In this document: positions 38,401 through 45,480 of the stretch, one piece after another
How positions within the stretch are numbered: position 1 is the stretch's first letter
How the letters are laid out: each line of letters begins with the position of its first letter
Source: an uncultured Pseudomonadota bacterium
GTDB taxonomy: Bacteria > Pseudomonadota > Alphaproteobacteria > Rs-D84
Length of the DNA stretch: 64,000 nt
Reading direction: 5' to 3'
Assembly: GCA_949298405.1 (NCBI GenBank)
Contig: CASFWA010000001.1
Coordinates: 285,127 to 349,126 of the forward strand
Made by a program: the position numbers and the translations under genes
The notes under the pieces: model-generated
Databases searched by the model: none
Told to the model about the DNA's origin: nothing
The model's input: only the letters and a program-made list of their open reading frames with translations

Positions 38401-39307
38401 AAAGTTGAAAGCAGATGATAAACCTGTTACTCATTCTGTTGCAACATCTGTTCAGAATCAGGTCTTGTCCTTGGCTTCTGGTCGTATGTCCGGTAATGCA
38501 AATGTTGGACGTAGTGGTGGTGATTTAGCAAATGCAGATTATGGTGTATGGGCGCAGGGGCTGTTCAATAAATCTAAACTGAACGGTCAATTCGACGGTT
38601 ATACTCGTGGGGTTGCTGTCGGTGCAGATGCATTGATTGGTGGCGATTATACAATTGGTATCGGTTATGCTTATAACTCTACGGATGTTCATGCAGAAAG
38701 TGCTCGTGATACAGATATTGAAAGCAACAGCGTATTTGTATACGGTCAGTACAAACCAGCACAGTGGTATGTAAATGCTGCATTGAACTACACAATGGCG
38801 GACTATACAGAAACAACAAACGCGTTCGGTGTTGATATCAATTCTGAATATGATGTCACATCTTTCGGTGGTCAAGTTGCAGCAGGTTATGACTTTGCAA
38901 GTGGGTTGACACCAGAAGCAGGTGTTCGCTACTTACATGTTTCTCAAGACGACTATAATAACGGCTTGGCAGATATCAAAGTTGGCGATACAGATTACTT
39001 GACAGGTGTCGCAGGTGTAAAGTATACCTTTGATATCGATACAGAAAAAGGTTTAAGTTTGCGTCCAGAATTGCGTGCGGCAGCTACATATGACGTATTG
39101 TCTGATGAAGCAATCGCAACAGTCACAATGCCTGGTGCCGCATCATACATTGTTGACAGTAAACGTCTGTCTCGCTTGGGTGGTGAATTCGGTATCGGTT
39201 TGACTGCAAACTATAAGGGTGTAGAAGTATCGTTGAACTATGACTTAGACTTGCATGAAGATTACACTTCTCAGACAGGTATGTTGAAGTTCAGATATAA
39301 CTTCTAA
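35477..39307 (+). CDS. autotransporter with polymorphic-membrane-protein (Pmp) type GGA(I/L/V) / FxxN repeats
   Basis: RBS AAGGAGAAAG; signal peptide ...AVMPAMA; roughly two dozen FxxN...GGAIYN units by eye; C-terminal beta-barrel domain ending ...GMLKFRYNF. Confidence 0.88.
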   Translation: MSTYKHLADLLKICSVLPVLAVMPAMAEDNFAIENQIYSDLIEGNVNKDSTRGGAITINYNTNGVTVADGTVFQNNETEVSAGGVIKALNGFTVGDNVKFLNNKATKKGWGAGALYIKLANGATPSENTDVVIGKDSLFEGNVAGLGGAIGLEYGDLEIADGAQFIGNESTSAEATHGGGAIIVWQDQKDRPDLHSALKLNGATFSENSAVNVGGAVAVFDTGAKVSMINTVFGNNSANKGGAIYNEGEISLTGDTQFVENSASNTGGAIFNASEGVITEISNALFQGNKAENYKDAEAELKKDVYAQGGAIYNLGEIGAVTGDFSNNTAHTKSETASKATANGGALALYQSTIESITGNFVGNAAIAEIVGKNHDYSDDMVSQDKLVSAGGGAIHIEGKWATGDTTKIGSINGNFVNNSATGDAYANGGAIYIKAGPNTDVSIDKITGDFINNKVVAVTDNKDIAKTSTGGAISIKEASGKTATVDVEGNFGGNSVTTNATNAFGGAVYNEGTFTAKGNFQNNLAFSNTGKVYGGALYNKGTANITGHFVNNAAQSEDHVSGFGGAIFNDGDLTLAENTTFYANRADNAGGALYNGGKIENLSGITFRNNYAFTGGAINNAKVNADATAGYIGTIENSSFVGNFAAASQGGAIRNQGVINDIKSSLFEGNVAANGGALNNGTWGTVVNSIVDTQFINNTALTGIAQGGAIVNAGTIGLIDNSTFAGNQAGKLGGAIANVTPQDSSNPEKVSEITFNGVTFTNNVAGVEGGAIYNKGAITFQGDNVFAGNTAAGVANDIHNLGSLTFADGTTIIGGGITGTGSLDLNEGATLNIGANTINQGTMNINGNVAASIVNSQSYGKLVGDLTVGDSAELTLNIGATGVYNIFADEDLEIANLTINANNALYNVSMDGSAIVVETKAVEEIAAATNLAVDTAGVLAGLANSDSYEMGIASLVAQQALAEGNTEYVEAESAKLKADDKPVTHSVATSVQNQVLSLASGRMSGNANVGRSGGDLANADYGVWAQGLFNKSKLNGQFDGYTRGVAVGADALIGGDYTIGIGYAYNSTDVHAESARDTDIESNSVFVYGQYKPAQWYVNAALNYTMADYTETTNAFGVDINSEYDVTSFGGQVAAGYDFASGLTPEAGVRYLHVSQDDYNNGLADIKVGDTDYLTGVAGVKYTFDIDTEKGLSLRPELRAAATYDVLSDEAIATVTMPGAASYIVDSKRLSRLGGEFGIGLTANYKGVEVSLNYDLDLHEDYTSQTGMLKFRYNF

Positions 39308-39440
39308 AAATTACCAAAATAAAATCCCCCAATCGGGGGATTTTTTTATATATAATTATTTTAAATTTATAAATACCTGATAAGTTTTTTATAAGATAAA
39401 TAATAAAAATAAGGAGGCTTTATTGCCTCCTGTAATATTT

Positions 39441-40145
39441 TTAGTCTTTATCAAAATATTTTTGTCTTTGGGTTTCTGATACAGATTCCATTTGATCAAA
39501 TATTTTATCTGCAGCTGATTTGTCTGCAGGTGCATCACCAGATGGTGCCGTATAGTCAGCACCATTTAATAAAATTATACGACTTGGTAATAAATCATCA
39601 CCTTCGCATTCAATAAAATATTCTGATTGATCGTAATATTTTCCGTAACAACGATTGTTTACAACACCAACATAACCATATTCTGCTAAATCAGAACATG
39701 TTGGTTGTGCACCGTAAGTTATTTCGCCGTTTGTTAAAAACTCATCTGGGTTTTCCAGTATACCGTTGCACCATACCCTTACATATTCACCGTTAACAGA
39801 CGCCATGGTGCCGTTAGATGTCGTTTTTCTTACCCCAAAACAATCACCGTTCAAAATATCTGTATTAAAGTCTTGTTTTATTTCTGTACCTTTTGCAATT
39901 TCTGTCTTACCCATAGGAACAGGTTGATATTCTTCGCGTTTTAGTGCCTCTGGACAAATTAATTTCATACCCCAACATTCACTATTAGCGTCCCACATTT
40001 CACTGTCGTATCCTGTGCCCATGCTGGTATAGCAATCGGTTGGGTCTAAACGACAAACCGTTGGTCTTTCCCACCAATTAATTGCCGCATTGGCCCCATG
40101 TGATGCAAGTATACTTATCAAAGAAACTGCAAATATTTTTTTCAT
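39441..40145 (-). CDS. small secreted cysteine-rich protein
   Basis: Signal peptide MKKIFAVSLISILASHGANA; about 10 Cys; flanked by terminators. Confidence 0.65.
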   Translation of the reverse strand: MKKIFAVSLISILASHGANAAINWWERPTVCRLDPTDCYTSMGTGYDSEMWDANSECWGMKLICPEALKREEYQPVPMGKTEIAKGTEIKQDFNTDILNGDCFGVRKTTSNGTMASVNGEYVRVWCNGILENPDEFLTNGEITYGAQPTCSDLAEYGYVGVVNNRCYGKYYDQSEYFIECEGDDLLPSRIILLNGADYTAPSGDAPADKSAADKIFDQMESVSETQRQKYFDKD

Positions 40146-40203
40146 TTTTCTCTCTTATTCTTTTATTTTATCAAATTTTTATTCCTTTATCAAGATGACT
40201 TTA

Positions 40204-42762
40204 TTATTGACCAGTAGTGTCATCTGTTCCTTCTTCGTCTGTTGCAGTCATTTGCTCTTTGTCCGCGCAATATCCCCACTTTGTATTAGCACCGGTTTCG
40301 TCATAGAAATATTTGTATAATATATGTCCTGTTATATCATGTATGTTGTCAGAACCTTCTATTAAGTCACTTGGAGCACGTGTCGTAGTGCCTGAATTTG
40401 CATCTTTTGGGTGCATTGTGTCAACCCATTGGGTGTCAACCCACACGCCGCCAAGACGCTCGCATTCGGCAGATAGTACCTTTGCCATTTCTACACGAAT
40501 TGAATCCATTACAACATTGACATCTTCTAAAACGGTTGTTGGTATATTTTTTCGACCAGCAGTAATTTCTTCTAAGTCTGAAGGACGTATACATACTTGG
40601 GCCGCATATTTTACCATTTTCTGGTACAAACTTCCTGCGTAGTCTGTCCCGCAATCAATTCCTTCTGTGTCGAATGATTCACCAACTGGTCCCTTGGTTC
40701 CACCAGGGCATTGTGCATCGGCAGGACATGCTATACAAGCATTGCCCGGAACTGGATTGGAATTGTATACCCAACTCCCAGATTCATTTTTTGTTGCAAG
40801 ATAATAACCAACATTACATGACGTGTATCGTTTGTATGAAGGGCATATATATCCCTTGCTAGGCGTGGAGGTAGGTGGTTCTGGAGTTATTTCAGATACA
40901 GAATCATTGCTTGATGACCATTGTAATTGGTTGCAGAACCAGTTAGCAGCATAAATTTGATCGCCGGGTGCATAAACACGACAGCCATAAGGGTAAGAAT
41001 GTAAACTGTCATTGCTTGGTACTGCACACATATCAACCGCAAATTCTTTTAACAATGTTGCGCATTCCTGGGCAATTTTCTGGTCTGTTATGTTATGCAT
41101 AGCAGTTATTAGCAATTCTAAACCATTGCCATTTGGGTCGCCGTATAGATTGCTGCATGCATATAATTTTTCTTGGCATAGTTCTTCTGATAGTTCTAAA
41201 CGAGAACCAAGTAGCAATTCTTCTTTTATGTTTGTAAAGTCTTTTAATGATTCACTTTGTTCGTCATAGCAGGCGTTTACAACATCTAAACATTCATTCT
41301 TTACATTTCTAATTTTTTCTTGCTGTCCTTGATAAATTTCTGTAATTGCTTGACGCATAAATTCGTCCCATACTTCGTCGGCAATATCACGACAAGTTTC
41401 TAAGCCGCGTTCCGCAAAACTACGTTTCCTATTTAATTCCGCAACAAGCATGCGATTTGTCGGATTGGTTAATATGTCTCCACTTAAAGAGGTTTGGGCT
41501 TCTAATTGATAAAAGTCTTGGGTGTAAATTGGTTCGCCCGTTTCACGATTTAAATATCGACCCGTTATATCCAGACAGTGTACGTAATCTTCACCACATG
41601 CATTATCCGCTGTTATGTCTTTGCGAACCTGGGCAATACAATCGTTTATAGAAGTAGAATTATGGGCGTTATAATTGTCAAGACGAGCCATATTCATTTC
41701 GCGTTCTGTGTCGCGTATTGTACTGTTTGCTTGGTTTAAACTTTTATCAAGCGCATTTGCTAATGTTGTGCAGTCGTTTTCAATGTACATACCATAAGCA
41801 GATACAACCATGTTAAAGGTTGCTGTTGATGTGCAGTTTCCAGATACCAGTTCTGCACATTGTGCATGAACAGCATTGTAAAGTGATTCACCTGTTAAAT
41901 TTATAATGTTTTCACCTGATGCCAGGTCCGTTGTTGCCCATATCTGATTTATGTCGCCGGCGATGTCCAGAGTACCTAGGGTGGATAAGGATTTTGACTT
42001 CGTTGATGATAATACATCACTTATTCCTGCTAGTTTCTGAGCAGATGCGGAATTGTCCGTTTTTATAGCACTTTCGCCTTCTGATGCAGAAAGCATCGCT
42101 TTTACTTCTTCAGCGGTTTTAGGTATTACTTCCAGATTTAAATCTTTGAAATCTTGGATTTGATTCGCACTTTGTGATAATGCGCGTTCTTTTTCTTGAA
42201 TTTCGGAAAGACGAGAAGAACAAACACAACGACGATAAGAGTCATTCGCGTTCGCACAAAATTGATCCATACATGTGAAATATGCATCGCGACATGAATT
42301 ATAACTTGTTCCAAATGTATTCGTCGATGATGTAGATATTGTAGATGCACGACCAGGTGTTAATGCAGAACGTACAGATGGGGTCACCGTTTTTCTGGGA
42401 GTTGCAGTTGTCCTTACAACAGAATTGTTTGCCGCATTTCGCGAAGTTGCCGATTGTGCTGAATTGGATGTGCTGCGGGCAGCGGTTGCACTGCGTGAAA
42501 CATTAGATTGAGTAATATTTTTTGTAGATGCGGTTCTGGAAATTATGTTGCCTGTATCGCGCGTTGTTGTGTTCGTTGTTGTTCTGTTCGTAGTGTCTTG
42601 CCCCTGAATAGTCGCGGCCGAGTTGGTCGCAGCACGCGCAATAACTGTGGCAACACTTGAATCTTTTGAATTTCTATTTATGGATTCTGTACTACGAACA
42701 GCAGCATCGACACAGCCGATGCCTATGCTATACGCTAGTACAAAAAGCAAAAACCTTTTCAT
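40204..42762 (-). CDS. large secreted cysteine-rich coiled-coil protein (family member P2) with a CxxCP module in the C-terminal part
   Basis: Signal peptide; long R/S/T/N-rich tract; CRDAYFTCMDQFC...RCVCS; ACGEDYVHC; CNVGYY...GNACIACPADAQCPGG. Confidence 0.85.
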   Translation of the reverse strand: MKRFLLFVLAYSIGIGCVDAAVRSTESINRNSKDSSVATVIARAATNSAATIQGQDTTNRTTTNTTTRDTGNIISRTASTKNITQSNVSRSATAARSTSNSAQSATSRNAANNSVVRTTATPRKTVTPSVRSALTPGRASTISTSSTNTFGTSYNSCRDAYFTCMDQFCANANDSYRRCVCSSRLSEIQEKERALSQSANQIQDFKDLNLEVIPKTAEEVKAMLSASEGESAIKTDNSASAQKLAGISDVLSSTKSKSLSTLGTLDIAGDINQIWATTDLASGENIINLTGESLYNAVHAQCAELVSGNCTSTATFNMVVSAYGMYIENDCTTLANALDKSLNQANSTIRDTEREMNMARLDNYNAHNSTSINDCIAQVRKDITADNACGEDYVHCLDITGRYLNRETGEPIYTQDFYQLEAQTSLSGDILTNPTNRMLVAELNRKRSFAERGLETCRDIADEVWDEFMRQAITEIYQGQQEKIRNVKNECLDVVNACYDEQSESLKDFTNIKEELLLGSRLELSEELCQEKLYACSNLYGDPNGNGLELLITAMHNITDQKIAQECATLLKEFAVDMCAVPSNDSLHSYPYGCRVYAPGDQIYAANWFCNQLQWSSSNDSVSEITPEPPTSTPSKGYICPSYKRYTSCNVGYYLATKNESGSWVYNSNPVPGNACIACPADAQCPGGTKGPVGESFDTEGIDCGTDYAGSLYQKMVKYAAQVCIRPSDLEEITAGRKNIPTTVLEDVNVVMDSIRVEMAKVLSAECERLGGVWVDTQWVDTMHPKDANSGTTTRAPSDLIEGSDNIHDITGHILYKYFYDETGANTKWGYCADKEQMTATDEEGTDDTTGQ

Positions 42763-42837
42763 CCTTATCTTTTAAGTATGATAACAAAAATATATTTTTA
42801 AGGAAAGAAATATTTAAAAAATATGTGCTTTTTTATA

Positions 42838-42868
42838 AGAAAAAATCCCGCCTTTTGGCAGGATTTTA
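42838..42868 (-). terminator. intrinsic terminator downstream of infA
   Basis: Minus strand AAAATCCTGCC-AAAA-GGCGGGATTTTTT. Confidence 0.7.
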
Positions 42869-42871
42869 TAT

Positions 42872-43120
42872 TTAATTTCCTGTTGCATCGCCCGATGTGC
42901 GATTGCGTTCAACGAAAGTTATTCTACCTTTGTCCAGGTCATAGGGCGTCATTTCTACACGAACTTTTTCACCAACGTTTACCCATATACGAGCCTTGCG
43001 CATCTTGCCGCATACGGTTGCTAAAATTTCGTGCCCGTTTTCTAATTTTACACGAAACATTGTATTTGGAAGTTTATCTTCAACTGTGCCGCTAAAAACA
43101 ATTACATCATCTTTTGCCAT
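42872..43120 (-). CDS. infA: translation initiation factor IF-1
   Basis: [42 protein letters not shown]...; canonical IF-1. Confidence 0.95.
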   Translation of the reverse strand: MAKDDVIVFSGTVEDKLPNTMFRVKLENGHEILATVCGKMRKARIWVNVGEKVRVEMTPYDLDKGRITFVERNRTSGDATGN

Positions 43121-43258
43121 AATTATCACCAGAATTTACTTAAAAATTACAGCGATTATCATATTATTTTTAATAAAAAATTGCAAGTTGTTTTTATGTG
43201 CTTGCACACAAACTCTTCATTTGATAAAATTAATAATAATTTATGTAGGGTGGGTTTT

Positions 43259-45412
43259 ATGAAATTAAGATTTGTTTTGGCGGTTTTATTAACGTTCCCA
43301 GGTTTCGCTTTCGCGGCAGAACGCGCAGATTCTAATGTCAGAGTTGGCGTAAATCGTATGTCTATGGCGGGGGTGCGGGTGCCTAATATGACTGCGAATA
43401 TTACTACAAATACAACTAATCCTACAATGTCGACTAAGCCAGCAGGAACAACAAGTTCTAATTCTACGGGCAGTTCCACGACAAATGAAAATACGGATGC
43501 ATCTGATGATGATGCTGGTTCACAAACAGGAAGTCAATCTTGCCGAGATGCGTATCGTGCGTGTATGGATGAATTTTGTTTGTTAGATGAATCAGAAGGG
43601 AACCGTTGTGCTTGTTCGTCTAATATTAATCAATCAAAATCTTTAATACAAGAAATTCAGGAAATTCAAGAAGAAGCGGATTTGCTTTATACAGAGGGGG
43701 TCGAAAGAGAACAGTTGGGGGCCCAGGCAAAATTGGTTTTCGGAGAAAGTGAACAGGCAAAGAAAAGTTCCGCAGTTTCGGGGATAAATTTCTTAGATTG
43801 GATAAGTAGTGGGACCGAAGAAGAAGTTAGTCTTGGCGCAGATGCGGATATTGGTGATTCTTTATATGCGATGGCTTCACAATTTTGTTCTGATAAATTA
43901 GCAGCGTGTGGTAGCAGTGCGGAAATGGAAGAAGTTTTGTATGCGCGTCAAATAGTTCAAGATTGTAAATCTTTTGAATCTTATTTAAATGATCAAAAGT
44001 CTATTGCTGAATCTAATAAACGTACGGCAGAAGCGGCGGTGCGCCAAGCACGCTTAGAAATGTTGGATACAACAAATAAGTATAATCGTGGTGAATGTTT
44101 GTTGGCTTATCGTGCATGTATTTCTGATAAGGGCGGTTGTGGTGTAAACTTTGAAAATTGTTTAGATGCTGATTTGTTGGGTAGACGTGCGAATGCTTGT
44201 GAAAATGTATTAGACCAATGTATGGCTGTTCGTGAATATGTGTTGGAAGATTGGGAGGCAGAGGCAGAAAGTATACTTGTTGATGCGGCAAAGTATGCCG
44301 ATAGAAACGCAAGGGCTACGTGTTTGGCAAGAATACAGGTATGCTTAGAAGACGGGTGCTCTACAGAAACTAACTCTGCTTGTTTGACGGATGTTAATGT
44401 TGCGGCGGGAATTTGTCCTGTTATTGATGAGTGTGAATCAATGATTCCAGGTATTAAATCTGTGGTAAATGATAAGTTAGGATATTTGCGTACTCAATTC
44501 TGTCAAAATGATATTGACCAGTGTTTGCGCGATAGATGTGGTGATAACTTTACTGCACCAGAATGCGTTGGTAAAAGTGCAATTGAAATTGCTGAACTTT
44601 GTCCGCAATCAATGTTTCCGTCTTGTAAAAATGAAACTCAGTTTGACATAATTGTTCAGGCGGCTTTGTTGCAGATGGATTATCAAATGTTGCAGGGATG
44701 TTTAAATTATTTTGGGGAACAACTTGGTAATGTTTGCGGAACAGATATGTCTTGTTTGCCAACTGATACAAAAATTACGTCTTTGGTTGCTGTGCCAGAT
44801 ACAGAAGAGGGCTTGGCTGAATTGCGTGAAACTGTTAGAGCAAATACAGAAGCGGCAGTTGATGATTTCTTTGTTCAGTTTGAAAAAGATAAAACAGTTG
44901 CTGCTTGTCAGGATAGTCAAAAACCTGCTGATCAGAAAAGGTTAGGTGAAAGTGTATTTAATAGTGCAAAGCTAGTTGCACAAATTAGTGCGGAAAATCG
45001 TGCTATGCGTGAACTAGAAAGCAAAATTGCTGAGTTATCGCGTGAGCAGGATTTAGAAGCGGCAGAACAAAACTGTTTAAACACGTATAAAGTAGAAACG
45101 CCAGATAAGTCTAGCAAAAACTATAGTTATATACGTAGTGTATCTTTTGAGCCGGCCTTGCGTAATTGCCATGTTTGCCGTATGCAACAAGTTTGTGAAG
45201 TTGGCGGTGAAAGTAAAGGTGCTGCTGGGGTAAAAGGATTGGCTGGTGGTTTGTCCGCTGGTGCAGCAGCAGGAACAATGGTTTCACCGGGTTGGGGAAC
45301 TGCCATCGGTGGCGTCGTTGGTGCTGTGGGCGGTTTCTTCGCAGGCCGTAGTGCTGGCGGCGAACAAGAATTCTGTCAGGAAATTGAGAGTTGTGAAGAT
45401 ATAAATATGTAA
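43259..45412 (+). CDS. large secreted cysteine-rich coiled-coil protein with C-terminal glycine zipper (family member P3)
   Basis: Signal peptide MKLRFVLAVLLTFPGFAFA; CRDAYRACMDEFC...RCACS; GGCGVNFENC; CGDNFTAPEC; CHVC; WGTAIGGVVGAVGGFFAG. Confidence 0.85.
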   Translation: MKLRFVLAVLLTFPGFAFAAERADSNVRVGVNRMSMAGVRVPNMTANITTNTTNPTMSTKPAGTTSSNSTGSSTTNENTDASDDDAGSQTGSQSCRDAYRACMDEFCLLDESEGNRCACSSNINQSKSLIQEIQEIQEEADLLYTEGVEREQLGAQAKLVFGESEQAKKSSAVSGINFLDWISSGTEEEVSLGADADIGDSLYAMASQFCSDKLAACGSSAEMEEVLYARQIVQDCKSFESYLNDQKSIAESNKRTAEAAVRQARLEMLDTTNKYNRGECLLAYRACISDKGGCGVNFENCLDADLLGRRANACENVLDQCMAVREYVLEDWEAEAESILVDAAKYADRNARATCLARIQVCLEDGCSTETNSACLTDVNVAAGICPVIDECESMIPGIKSVVNDKLGYLRTQFCQNDIDQCLRDRCGDNFTAPECVGKSAIEIAELCPQSMFPSCKNETQFDIIVQAALLQMDYQMLQGCLNYFGEQLGNVCGTDMSCLPTDTKITSLVAVPDTEEGLAELRETVRANTEAAVDDFFVQFEKDKTVAACQDSQKPADQKRLGESVFNSAKLVAQISAENRAMRELESKIAELSREQDLEAAEQNCLNTYKVETPDKSSKNYSYIRSVSFEPALRNCHVCRMQQVCEVGGESKGAAGVKGLAGGLSAGAAAGTMVSPGWGTAIGGVVGAVGGFFAGRSAGGEQEFCQEIESCEDINM

Positions 45413-45480
45413 TTCTTGGTTTCAAAGATGTGTAATTTTATCCGAATAATAATTAAAGTTCGGATTTGAAAGGAAAAAAG

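Noticed and set aside
36635-38875. Several 60-184-aa minus-strand ORFs inside the autotransporter gene, and comparable shadow ORFs inside the Cys-rich genes (e.g. 10903-11328, 18565-19629, 20645-21296, 21802-22224, 40313-41651, 44013-45425, 48009-48515).
   Set aside because: They are antisense to long, motif-rich, signal-peptide-bearing ORFs. Their repetitive composition mirrors the sense-strand repeats.
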